Positions 18,946-28,429 of a DNA stretch of 55,830 bases are shown here, piece by piece (the stretch's first letter is position 1; each line of letters begins with the position of its first letter). The notes under the pieces were generated by a model. It saw nothing but the letters and a program-made list of their open reading frames with translations. It searched no databases and was not told the origin of the DNA. The translations under genes were made by a program, and so were the position numbers. This stretch comes from a virus (Duplodnaviria > Caudoviricetes), in the IMG/VR virus record IMGVR_UViG_3300049811_000327, positions 1-55,830 of that record; one strand, written 5' to 3'.

Positions 18946-19567
18946 CCTCATGGGTCCATGCTTCAGATGCACGATGTGTGGCACCCCTGCCCAACTGCCT
19001 CCGCAGCTTGTCATCGAGCCCAACCCAATCGCTCCAGTTTTGGTCGTCGGACCGTCGCTCTTCGCAAAGGCACCTTCGTCAACGGACATGGACTCATATG
19101 CCTGGTGGCATGAGTACGCTTGGTGGCATGAGAAGCTGAATCGTCCCACCGAAGGTCTGAACGACTTGATCAGCTTTTGGGCTCAGATGGATTTTTTCGC
19201 GTCTCAAACACGCAAGGACATGATGAACTACTTTGGGCCCAACTTCATGTCCCCAACTGATAGGATCTTCGCCTACACCTTCACGAGCCGTTGTCGAGCC
19301 ATACCTGAGAGTGACCAGGCGAAGATGACAGAGGCGTGCTCCATCTACACTCGCTCACTGCTCAATGACGGAAGAAAGGCCGTCATCACTGTTGGCCAAG
19401 CCGCCAAAGATCAAGTCTCTGCTATCATCGGAGGCGCCATCAGTTCCACTCCAACTTCCATCGGCGGCTTTAACACCATCGCCCTCCCTGCCTTCAACCC
19501 CGAGAAGAAGAAGCAGCACGCTCTCGTGATGGCAGGAGTCGAAGACTTTATTAAGAGGACGCTATGA
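18935..19567 (+). CDS. Divergent uracil-DNA-glycosylase-superfamily protein
   Basis: CFRC, PVLVVG, YTFTSRCR, ACSIY and KAVITVGQAA follow the family-4 UDG layout; catalytic motifs are diverged. Confidence 0.5.
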   Translation: MTHSLMGPCFRCTMCGTPAQLPPQLVIEPNPIAPVLVVGPSLFAKAPSSTDMDSYAWWHEYAWWHEKLNRPTEGLNDLISFWAQMDFFASQTRKDMMNYFGPNFMSPTDRIFAYTFTSRCRAIPESDQAKMTEACSIYTRSLLNDGRKAVITVGQAAKDQVSAIIGGAISSTPTSIGGFNTIALPAFNPEKKKQHALVMAGVEDFIKRTL

Positions 19568-20805
19568 AGTATCTCATTCTTGGTGGCGGTATCACCGGAT
19601 GGACAGCCGCCAAAAACATCTTGGTGTCGGACCCCGCAGCGCTTGTCACGATGATCACTGCTGATTCTGGCCTGCTTGAGCCATTTGGCAACGGGTATGA
19701 ACAAGGCGGACACGTTTACTCACCTGGATCGCAGATGGTGATGGCCAAACTTGGCGTCACTTTTGACGGCCCGATGCTCCAACGACGAGCTTTCTACCAC
19801 GATGGCCAAAGAAGGTGGGAATACCCAGTCCAGTACTCCATGCTGGATCGTCCTGTTAAGCCTGTCACCTACGTCGGCCAGTCACTCGAGGCCTACGGCA
19901 CCGAAGCTTTTGGTGAGCACTTCTACAACAGTTGGTTCCGACCATTCAACGAACGGGTATGGGGAATCGATCCTTGCCTGATGGACTCCGACTGGCTTCT
20001 CAATCGTGCCCCAACAACGACTGTCGGAAACGCTTCGTGGGGACCAAACTCGACCTTCAGGTGGGCTCTGGGGTCATCCATCATGAAACAGATGTATGTC
20101 CAATCATCTCGACTGTCCGTGATCACCCAGGTCTTCTCTGGCCTCCGGAGGGCACATAAGGGCCTAACGGTGACGTGTCAACAGGGCTTCCAGCAGTCGG
20201 GCTTCGAAGCCGTCATCTCCACGATCCCGATCAATACGCTTCTGAATGCCATGGAGATTGACGAGTTCCCAACTCTTCCGTACAACAAAGTGACCACCTA
20301 CGGCGTCACGACGAGTGTTCCGTACGACCAACAGTGGACATGGTGTTATGGGCCCATCGGGCAGAGCGTTCATCGCGTCACCAATCTCGCCCTTTACGAG
20401 GGCAAGGAACAGGAGTACGGGAAGTTCCTCTTCGAAGTGCCTACACCCACACGTCACTTCGCAACCACCCCTTACCCGTCGCAGGGCGGATCGCGTCTTT
20501 CACCAGACGTGTATCGCATGTTGGAGATGCTCGATGTTTCCGCAACTGACATCGTTCACTCGACCTCGATGACGCACCTAGGCTACCCCGCCCCAGTCCT
20601 TGGCCTTGCTGAAACGCGTAGAGAGATTAAGTTGCGGGTGTTGCCACTCAACATCTTCCTTGCTGGCCGATGGGGAAGTCATGCCTACCTCAATGTCGAT
20701 GGCGCGATGATGGATGGGTTCCGTGCCTCTCAAGCAGCCATTCACAGAGGCAAGGATACAGCCGCCAACGACAACTACCTTGCTACCGAGATTACACCAC
20801 TATGA
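19564..20805 (+). CDS. FAD-dependent UDP-galactopyranose mutase-like enzyme (eukaryote-type)
   Basis: ILGGGITG, GGH, YPVQ, FRPFNERVWG, WGPNSTFR, HRVT, GYPAP, GRWGSHAY-NVD, in the same order as fungal/trypanosomatid UGM motifs. Confidence 0.75.
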   Translation: MKYLILGGGITGWTAAKNILVSDPAALVTMITADSGLLEPFGNGYEQGGHVYSPGSQMVMAKLGVTFDGPMLQRRAFYHDGQRRWEYPVQYSMLDRPVKPVTYVGQSLEAYGTEAFGEHFYNSWFRPFNERVWGIDPCLMDSDWLLNRAPTTTVGNASWGPNSTFRWALGSSIMKQMYVQSSRLSVITQVFSGLRRAHKGLTVTCQQGFQQSGFEAVISTIPINTLLNAMEIDEFPTLPYNKVTTYGVTTSVPYDQQWTWCYGPIGQSVHRVTNLALYEGKEQEYGKFLFEVPTPTRHFATTPYPSQGGSRLSPDVYRMLEMLDVSATDIVHSTSMTHLGYPAPVLGLAETRREIKLRVLPLNIFLAGRWGSHAYLNVDGAMMDGFRASQAAIHRGKDTAANDNYLATEITPL

Positions 20806-21860
20806 AAACCAAGACCGTTCGTGTTCTTCCCAAGATCGGCCCGTCGCATCGGCTTAACGTCGCTTGGAACACCTGGGAGCCTGGTCTCAATGGGAACGGT
20901 TCCACTTCCGGCGGCGGAGCAATCTGGACTCGCTACTTGTGGAAGCATCTTGACAAGCACCACAACATCGGCGTCATCAACGTCTCTGGGCGCTCCAACC
21001 TTATCGGGACCGCCTTCGATGCGGCGGTCTTCTGTTGGCGATGGAACTTCCCTCGTGGCATCGGCTACGACGAGAGGGCCGACGCCTACGACAAGCAGAT
21101 GCGTCTCCTGGATGAATGCTACGAGGCCAAGATTCCGATCATCGTCCACGACCAGGACCACAAGATCGGAGCAGATATCGCCTACCTCAAGTCGATCGGG
21201 GCCCACATTTACGAGCCGAGCCTGGCGCCGCGGGAAGGGGTCAGGTCACTCTTCTTCCCCTACCCCTTTGGTCGCCCAATCACCCCCAAAATGAGCGACT
21301 ACAGGACACGACTCCACTCGATGGCCTACATCGGGAACAACTATGAGAGGTACGCACAGTTCGTCAGATACTTCGGCGGAACTAGGTGGAAGACGCCTCC
21401 CACATCCTTCTACTCTGGCGACTTTGTTCAGTGGGGGCCGAGCGTTTGGGGAAACTGGCTGGAGTCGTCTCCTCTCCGCGAGATACCTGAAAAAGTCTTG
21501 CGCGACAACCCTAATGTTCACTTTCTTGGACGCCTCGACCAATCGATGGTTCAAGAAATGATGGTGGCTTCATTCGCCACGATTCACTTCGCCAAGCCGT
21601 CCTACAACGACGTTGGGTTCGTTACGATCAGGTGGGCCGAGGCTGTCGCCGCTGGCTGCATCGGAGCCATCCCAAGTGAGTTCAATACCCTCGGACAAAT
21701 GAAGGAGCTTGTCGTTTCTCCCGACAGTATCGAGGCTTGGACCGATCGTGTTGTTCGCGACTATGAGTTCAGAATGCAGCTGATGGACATACAAGCTGAC
21801 TTTGTTCTCGGGACAATGACTGTGGCTCCCTGGGCAAGCATTCTTCGAGGTGCGAAATGA
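20802..21860 (+). CDS. GT-B fold glycosyltransferase, probable DNA-base glycosyltransferase
   Basis: SGGG loop, YIGNNYER, FLGR, TIRWAEAVAAG (R-x-x-E as in T4 beta-glucosyltransferase); ATGA-coupled on both sides. Confidence 0.65.
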   Translation: MKTKTVRVLPKIGPSHRLNVAWNTWEPGLNGNGSTSGGGAIWTRYLWKHLDKHHNIGVINVSGRSNLIGTAFDAAVFCWRWNFPRGIGYDERADAYDKQMRLLDECYEAKIPIIVHDQDHKIGADIAYLKSIGAHIYEPSLAPREGVRSLFFPYPFGRPITPKMSDYRTRLHSMAYIGNNYERYAQFVRYFGGTRWKTPPTSFYSGDFVQWGPSVWGNWLESSPLREIPEKVLRDNPNVHFLGRLDQSMVQEMMVASFATIHFAKPSYNDVGFVTIRWAEAVAAGCIGAIPSEFNTLGQMKELVVSPDSIEAWTDRVVRDYEFRMQLMDIQADFVLGTMTVAPWASILRGAK

Positions 21861-22795
21861 ACATCACAATCAACGGGATGAGTGACTTCCGCGAGATCCT
21901 GAGTTTCGTGAAAGCTGGTGTCGAGGTCAGCCCGCGCGGCATCACGACAGTCGATCAGTCACCTCTCTTCATCACAATTCTGAACCCTCGCAATCGCTTG
22001 GTCCCGATCATCGCTCGTAAGGCCAACTACGCTTTCGCCTTCACTGAGTGGCTCATGATCATGACCGGCGATGACTCAGTCGAGCGCTTGGCCGCCTACT
22101 CCAAGGAGATCAGGAAGTTTTCTTCTGATGGGGTAACGATCACCGGAGCGTACGGACCCCGTGTCTTTCCTCAACTCAGCCATGTCGAGGAAAAGCTCCG
22201 CAGCGATCGCAACACGCGACAGGCTGTGATCTCAATCCTCAAGGCTGGCGACACTCTCAACGCTGATCCGCCTTGCACCATTTCTGTCCAGCTTCGCATC
22301 AACGGCGGCAAACTGGACGTGATCACCACGATGCGCTCCAACGACATCATGTGGGGATTCACCTACGATGTCTTCTACTGGACGATGCTTCAAGAGTGGT
22401 TCGCTCGCCGCCTGGGCTTGGCAGTCGGGACCTACTATCACAATGTTGGGTCGATGCATCTCTACACCAAGCGTGACGGAGCAATGGTGGCAGCCATCGA
22501 AAGTGAACCATACGAAGCAACCTGCCCAATGCGGCAAATGGATCAATTTGCTGCCGATGGGCTACTCCAAAAGTTGAGCACCATTGAGACCAACCTTCGC
22601 ACTCTTGGGCCCATCGCCGCTTGGGACGACATCAACGCACTGCCGCCATACTGGCGTGACTGGGGGCTGGTTCTCTTCCTTTGGCATGCTCGTAAGAAGC
22701 GTGAGTTGGTCCCTTGGTGCAGCGACGTCGCGCGCCGACTCTTCTTCGACGCAACCCTTCGTGACAACTATCTCCTCAACTGGATTCCCAAATGA
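21857..22795 (+). CDS. Thymidylate-synthase-fold enzyme, dCMP hydroxymethylase-like
   Basis: YGPR, TRQAV, PPCT (catalytic Cys), MRSNDIMWGFTYD, GSMHLY; Asp at the position of ThyA Asn177. Confidence 0.82.
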   Translation: MNITINGMSDFREILSFVKAGVEVSPRGITTVDQSPLFITILNPRNRLVPIIARKANYAFAFTEWLMIMTGDDSVERLAAYSKEIRKFSSDGVTITGAYGPRVFPQLSHVEEKLRSDRNTRQAVISILKAGDTLNADPPCTISVQLRINGGKLDVITTMRSNDIMWGFTYDVFYWTMLQEWFARRLGLAVGTYYHNVGSMHLYTKRDGAMVAAIESEPYEATCPMRQMDQFAADGLLQKLSTIETNLRTLGPIAAWDDINALPPYWRDWGLVLFLWHARKKRELVPWCSDVARRLFFDATLRDNYLLNWIPK

Positions 22796-25623
22796 GCACC
22801 TTCGTTCACCTTCACGTTCACTCTGACGCCAGTGACGGCATCGGCACCCCAGAACGGATCGTGGAACGCGCTAAGGCCCTTGGTCAGCCAGCCGTTGCGT
22901 TGACTGACCATGGGACCTTGGCTAACATGGTCGCGTTCCACTCCGCTGCCAAGCGGCATGGCATCAAGCCCCTTCTTGGCCAAGAGATCTATCTCCTCGA
23001 CTACGAGGGGACCACTCCCAAGTCGCGTCACATGACCGTTTTGGCTCAGAACCTCGAAGGGTTGCACAACCTCTATGCGCTCACCACGCTAGCGAGTCGA
23101 TCGCCCTTTAAGCTTCCGACCGTCACCCTTAACGACCTCTTTTCTCACAACGCGGGCCTCATCGTTCTTTCAGGGTGTACAGCCTCACCAATCTATCACC
23201 GCGAGGGGAGTGCCCTTCAGTCCTATGTTGGGTCATTCGTCGATGTCTTCAAGGAGCGCTTCATCCTTGAGGTTACACTAGTCCCTCCTTTCGACACCAT
23301 GACTCGCATCCAAGGTCTCCACAAGAGGTTCGGATCGCTGGTGGTTCCAACATGTGATGCGCACTATATCTTGGCTGATGAGAAGGCCACACAGGCTGTA
23401 GCGAACATGGCCCGCAGGGGATTCTCTTACGAGAACGCCGAGCTGTGGATGAAGCCGGAGACGATGATTCACAAGCTCATTGAGCGAATGGGAGAACCTG
23501 GCGAGGGCCTCATTCACAACACTAGCGTTGTAGCCGGAATGATCGACGAGTTTTCCATCTCCTCACCAACTGTTGGGCTTGTTTACCCGAATGCGGCCTT
23601 CGAACTGACCACAATCGTTAAGAACAAGTTGCGAGAGGGCATTGGCTTGTTCTCTCCCGACGAGATGCGAGTCAGAATCGCAAGGGCGAAGAGTGAGCTC
23701 GAGGTCATCATCTCAAAGGGGTACGCCGACTACTTCATGATCGTTTATGACATTGTGAACTGGGCCAAACGCAACGGAATCTCAGTCGGGCCAGGTCGTG
23801 GTTCGGCCGCCGGGTCATTCGTTCTCTTTCTCCTTGGGGTCACACACCTTGATCCACTTGCTTGGGGATTGAGCTTCGAGCGGTTCCTTAACCCTAAGCG
23901 CCCAGACATGCCGGATGTTGATATCGACTTTGGGATGGTTGGTCGCCAAGAGGTTCTGGAGTACATCAGTGAGCGATGGGGAGGAGTCCAGATTGCTACC
24001 TACAGTCGTTACTCCCATAAGATGCTGGTCCACGATTTGGCCAAACAGCTTGGCATTTCCCGTGAGGATGAAATACGAGCTGCCGACGATCCCGGGTCAC
24101 CAGAGTTTCTGGAAGCGATGGCTACTTCGGCTTTCGCTGCATCGTACACCACCTTGATGGGCACCATTCGTCATCGAGGGAAACATGCAAGTGGGATAGT
24201 CATCTCCGATTCACCAATGCCATTGGAGCGAATGGGAGAGAGCCTTGGGGTTCCATGGACCGAAGGTGACTCGAAGGAGCTGTCTGCAATGGGGTTGGTC
24301 AAGTTTGACATCCTCGGCCTCACTGCTCTCACAGCAATCAAGCGCATGGAGGACTTCTCTGGGAGAACGGCCCCAGCCGACTTCGTAGCCGATCCGCGCG
24401 TTCTCAAACTCTTCCAGGATGGTGACCTGTTGGGAATCTTCCAGTTCACTGGGAGTCCTGGCATCGTTGACCTGACCAAGAAGATTCATCCAACGACTCC
24501 GGAAGACCTGATCGCAATCAACGCGCTCTGGCGACCTGGCGCACTCGATGTTGGGTCCACCCGCCTGTATGCGTCGTGGAAGGCGAGCCCGCGTAAGCTT
24601 CATCCACAGATCGACCCCCTGTTGGCCAACACGTACGGGGCCATTGTCTACCAGGAACAGGTGATGGCTGTCTTTGCAGAGGTTTCTGGTGGTGACGTTG
24701 CAGATGCGGACCTGGCTCGCCGCGTCATCGTCAAGTCGAAGGTTGGCGATCCAGATTGGGAGAAGAAAGTCCTCATAATTCATGAGACCTTCATGACCAA
24801 TGGAGCCGCTCGCGGGTTCGATCATGCCCTTTTGGACAAGCTTTGGCACGAGTTGATTGCTCACGCCAGGTATTCGTTCAACAGAGCACATGCTGCATCC
24901 TACGCCTTCATCGCCTATCAAATGGCGTTCTTCAAGGTGTACGAACCGCTCGCGTTTTATGCAGCAATGTTGGAGTTCGACAACGACAACACGGCAGCCT
25001 ATCTCTACGAGGCGTTGGGTAAGGGGATCACAATCTCACCGCCACACATCAACCTTTCGACAGACAGTTACTCACTCGACAAGACGGCATCCAAAATCAC
25101 CATGCCATTGTCGGCCATCGACGGCCTGGGGCCTTCTGGAGTGACCCGGATCATTCAAACCCGCGAAGATAATGGCCCATTCACATCATTCACGGATTTC
25201 ATCACCAGGGTCCCTGCACGATCGTGTAACGCCAAGGCAAGAAAGAACCTGATGCTGGCCGGAGCGTTCTCTGGGGTTGATGGTGACCCATCGACCATCG
25301 GCTTCGACCTAGGCAGCGAGCTCGCCCCTGGTTCACGAGAGGCTCAAAAAGCTGCCATGAAGTTCGTTGCCCCACTCCCTCGGCTCGTTCGAAAAGTGAG
25401 GGCAATTCGTGAGTTTATTCAGGCCTCTGGTGACAAGTTCAAGGTCGCTGGGGTGGTCGTCGACATTCGCAAGAAGAAGCGCGAAGACGGTGAAATTTGG
25501 TTCGTAGACCTTTACCCGGACGGCTTCTTTTGGGTCAAGACGAAGCCAAGATTGATCAAGGGAGACGTCATCGTAGCCACTCTCAGGGGCAGACGCGCCG
25601 TAAAGATCGAGGCCATTGAATGA
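22792..25623 (+). CDS. dnaE: DNA polymerase III alpha subunit (family C)
   Basis: PHP HLHVHS...TDHG, GRGSAAGS, FERFLN, PDVDIDF, HASG, KFDILGL, YSFNRAHA. Confidence 0.95.
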   Translation: MSTFVHLHVHSDASDGIGTPERIVERAKALGQPAVALTDHGTLANMVAFHSAAKRHGIKPLLGQEIYLLDYEGTTPKSRHMTVLAQNLEGLHNLYALTTLASRSPFKLPTVTLNDLFSHNAGLIVLSGCTASPIYHREGSALQSYVGSFVDVFKERFILEVTLVPPFDTMTRIQGLHKRFGSLVVPTCDAHYILADEKATQAVANMARRGFSYENAELWMKPETMIHKLIERMGEPGEGLIHNTSVVAGMIDEFSISSPTVGLVYPNAAFELTTIVKNKLREGIGLFSPDEMRVRIARAKSELEVIISKGYADYFMIVYDIVNWAKRNGISVGPGRGSAAGSFVLFLLGVTHLDPLAWGLSFERFLNPKRPDMPDVDIDFGMVGRQEVLEYISERWGGVQIATYSRYSHKMLVHDLAKQLGISREDEIRAADDPGSPEFLEAMATSAFAASYTTLMGTIRHRGKHASGIVISDSPMPLERMGESLGVPWTEGDSKELSAMGLVKFDILGLTALTAIKRMEDFSGRTAPADFVADPRVLKLFQDGDLLGIFQFTGSPGIVDLTKKIHPTTPEDLIAINALWRPGALDVGSTRLYASWKASPRKLHPQIDPLLANTYGAIVYQEQVMAVFAEVSGGDVADADLARRVIVKSKVGDPDWEKKVLIIHETFMTNGAARGFDHALLDKLWHELIAHARYSFNRAHAASYAFIAYQMAFFKVYEPLAFYAAMLEFDNDNTAAYLYEALGKGITISPPHINLSTDSYSLDKTASKITMPLSAIDGLGPSGVTRIIQTREDNGPFTSFTDFITRVPARSCNAKARKNLMLAGAFSGVDGDPSTIGFDLGSELAPGSREAQKAAMKFVAPLPRLVRKVRAIREFIQASGDKFKVAGVVVDIRKKKREDGEIWFVDLYPDGFFWVKTKPRLIKGDVIVATLRGRRAVKIEAIE

Positions 25624-26762
25624 ACGCCCTCATCACTCGTTGCTTAACGACTACTGACATCGCCCCCATCAGCCAGTTCCCTACCATCTTGCTCTCTGAC
25701 CAAGAGAATGCGATGGTGAAGTGGATTCTGACGTTTCAAATGCGCTATGGCGGGCCGCCCTCGATAGAGCGCTTCATGGCCGAATTCATTGAGTTCGTGC
25801 CTATCAAGAGTCGTGCTCCATTGCCTGACTTGGTTGAGGAGTGCATGACTCGAAAGAAGCAGCTGGCCTCGACAATGGCAGCCTCCGAGCTACTTGCTGG
25901 TGAGGCTGACCCAGCAACCGTCGCTCAGCTCCTCTTGGCCAAACTCAACTGTCAGATGTCGGACGTTATCCGCTTTTCCACGTTTGACCGAGCCTCCTAT
26001 TTTACCAGTGGGGAACCGTTTTGGTTCATGAGCAATCGCATCAACGATGTCGTCGGTGGCATCTTGCGGGGCGAACTTGCCTACATCGTTGGTCGTCTTG
26101 GAACTGGTAAAACGCTGCTAACCCAATGGATGATCTATCAGTGGTGGAAGGCTGGGAAGCGTGTTCTTCTCACATCAGCAGAGATGACACCAAATCAGCT
26201 CATGTTGCGTCTTGACGGCTTCATCGCAGGCATCAACCCAGCTGACGTTCGACGCCGCAAGATCACTGGTCCCGAGCCATTTGCAATGGTGTCGCATCTC
26301 GCTTCGATTGCTGGTGGGGATATTATCATCCCAACCAGGACACCTCGAACTCCGAGTGAGATTGGATCGCTCATCATCTCCCACAAGCCTGACATCGTTG
26401 CCGTAGACGGTGTTTATCTCCTCGATTCTGATGAGAGATTGGCCTCGAGTTGGGAGCGAATGGCCTCCATCAGTCGAGGGTTGAAGGGCCTTACACTAGC
26501 CCACAACGTTCCACTCGTAGGTACCAGTCAAGCGAACAGGAGTGCTCGTGACAAGGTCACGGGATATGACATCGCCTACTCGGACGCTTTTGGCCAGGAC
26601 GCTGATCTCATCGCAGCTCTGACGACGACCGGGCGACGGACCAGACTCGAAGTGATCAAGAACAGGAGCGCTGCTGGAGTCGTCACTGACGTAACCGTTG
26701 ACTTCGAAACCATGCGAATCGTGGAAGAAGACGAGGAGGTAATTGACCTTGAAGCACTATGA
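25620..26762 (+). CDS. DnaB-like SF4 replicative helicase
   Basis: GRLGTGKT, SAEM, VDGVYL, SQANR, DAFGQDAD, KNR. Confidence 0.9.
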   Translation: MNALITRCLTTTDIAPISQFPTILLSDQENAMVKWILTFQMRYGGPPSIERFMAEFIEFVPIKSRAPLPDLVEECMTRKKQLASTMAASELLAGEADPATVAQLLLAKLNCQMSDVIRFSTFDRASYFTSGEPFWFMSNRINDVVGGILRGELAYIVGRLGTGKTLLTQWMIYQWWKAGKRVLLTSAEMTPNQLMLRLDGFIAGINPADVRRRKITGPEPFAMVSHLASIAGGDIIIPTRTPRTPSEIGSLIISHKPDIVAVDGVYLLDSDERLASSWERMASISRGLKGLTLAHNVPLVGTSQANRSARDKVTGYDIAYSDAFGQDADLIAALTTTGRRTRLEVIKNRSAAGVVTDVTVDFETMRIVEEDEEVIDLEAL

Positions 26763-27564
26763 TCCGAACGACTTTGGGTTCACCGTTGGGCGCAGAATGG
26801 GTGACGAGGCCATGGTCATCTGCCCATTCCATGATGACACCAAACCGAGCGCGGTTTTCAACGTTTCTACAGGCCTCTTCTTCTGCTACGCCTGTCGCAC
26901 TGGCCTGAATGTCAATCAGCTGGCCAAGCGATTGAAGGTGAGTGGGATCGCCAAGCGGGAAGTTACCCACACGGGGAGGCTCGATGCTGACGAGGACCTC
27001 TGGGAGAGACGCTGGAATGCTGCTGCTCAGGTCGATGATAGTTCGTACATCCTCAGCAGGGGGGTGTCCCTGAACCTCTCCAGGCAGTTGATGATCCGTG
27101 AAGATCGAGAGGGGATCCTCTTCCCGCAGTCACCTGACGGGGTTCAGATTGTAGGTATTCAAGTGAGGTCGACGACCGGTCGCGGGCCTCGCTACAAGTT
27201 TCACGGCAAGCGCCTTCCTCTTTGGCCATTCTGGCTTTGGGCAGAGGTCGAAGCGCCGATCCTGACTGAAGGTAACTTTGGTACGTTGAGGCTTCGCAAT
27301 CAAGGCCTGCCAGCTTTCGCAACTCAAAGTGCCAACGTGCCAAAGAAGAGCCTGTCGGCTATCGCAGCCAAGGAGAGTGGGACGATCTTCTTCGACGCTG
27401 ACGAGGCTGGCCAACGAGCGGCTGTTAACTTGGCCGTTCAGACTGGGCTAAGGGTCTGTTGGCCTGGTGGAGCGACCGACGAGATGACTCCAGATGCCAT
27501 TGCATTTGCGCTGATGCGCTCGATGAGTGTACCACAGCTTCTCAAGGTGGTGTACGAATTATGA
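26743..27564 (+). CDS. DNA primase (CHC2 zinc finger + TOPRIM)
   Basis: CPFHDDTKPS...CYAC, LTEG, FDADEAG. Confidence 0.9.
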   Translation: MTLKHYDPNDFGFTVGRRMGDEAMVICPFHDDTKPSAVFNVSTGLFFCYACRTGLNVNQLAKRLKVSGIAKREVTHTGRLDADEDLWERRWNAAAQVDDSSYILSRGVSLNLSRQLMIREDREGILFPQSPDGVQIVGIQVRSTTGRGPRYKFHGKRLPLWPFWLWAEVEAPILTEGNFGTLRLRNQGLPAFATQSANVPKKSLSAIAAKESGTIFFDADEAGQRAAVNLAVQTGLRVCWPGGATDEMTPDAIAFALMRSMSVPQLLKVVYEL

Positions 27565-28007
27565 CGACTCCAACGAAACCCAAGCCGTCCACAAAGGCAA
27601 AGCCCAAGCCAAAGGTTGACTACGAGGGGGAGTTTGCAGCGAAGTTGAACGAACTTGGAATCGAAGGATTCGTTCGCCAATTTCACTTTCACCCGTTCAA
27701 TGCCTTCACTTTCGATTTCGCCTGGCCAGCTCTGAAGGTAGCTGTTGAGGTCAATGGCGGGCAGTGGGCTCGCTTTGGTGGTAGACACAACAACGACAAC
27801 TCAAGAGAACGCCTCAATGAAGCACTGGCACTCGGATGGAAGGTACTTTTGATCACCCCAGAGATGATGCATGACCCCCTCTATTGGGACGTTTTTCTTA
27901 CCCATCTAGAGGTTCTTCTTCTCTCGTACGATAACGATTCGGGCTACCCAGGAACTCACCTGGTTAAACCTAGGGCTCGCACCAAGCGGCAGAAAGTGAC
28001 GAAATAG
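27561..28007 (+). CDS. Vsr/DUF559-like PD-(D/E)xK endonuclease
   Basis: FDFAWPALKVAVEVNGG..GGRH...LGWKVL. Confidence 0.8.
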   Translation: MTTPTKPKPSTKAKPKPKVDYEGEFAAKLNELGIEGFVRQFHFHPFNAFTFDFAWPALKVAVEVNGGQWARFGGRHNNDNSRERLNEALALGWKVLLITPEMMHDPLYWDVFLTHLEVLLLSYDNDSGYPGTHLVKPRARTKRQKVTK

Positions 28008-28009
28008 TT

Positions 28010-28429
28010 ATGAAATCTTCATCAACTTCCGTTGATTTGAAGGCAGCCTTTCATCCTAGAAGACATGAGACTCCCGTAATGTGGGGAGGGGAGCCGTTAC
28101 CATATTGGGCTGGGCCGTTGGCGGATGTTTTTAATGCCACTGCGAAGATGGCGATCCACTTACGAGAATGCGGCGCGCAGATCGTTATGGCTAATATCAC
28201 ACCCTCAGAATCTCGTTCAAGCAACTTTGACATTCAACTCGTATTCGAGCTAAGAGGGACAACAACGACCATAGAGGGAACTTTCAGTCCGACATCAATC
28301 ATGGTCGATTATGAGATTGAGCCCTATCATCCGCGCATTGGTGACCCGATTCCGGCGCCCAAGCCTGAATCGTTTCCCGCGCCGCAAGACGACACTCTCT
28401 CGGGGGGGGTTCTTTTAGCGTCACCCTAA
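28010..28429 (+). CDS. Hypothetical protein
   Basis: 139 aa, last gene of the replication operon. Confidence 0.55.
   Translation: MKSSSTSVDLKAAFHPRRHETPVMWGGEPLPYWAGPLADVFNATAKMAIHLRECGAQIVMANITPSESRSSNFDIQLVFELRGTTTTIEGTFSPTSIMVDYEIEPYHPRIGDPIPAPKPESFPAPQDDTLSGGVLLASP

Noticed and set aside
21857-22795. Annotation as thyA
   Set aside because: Asp replaces the dUMP-selecting Asn, and the neighbours are base-modification genes.
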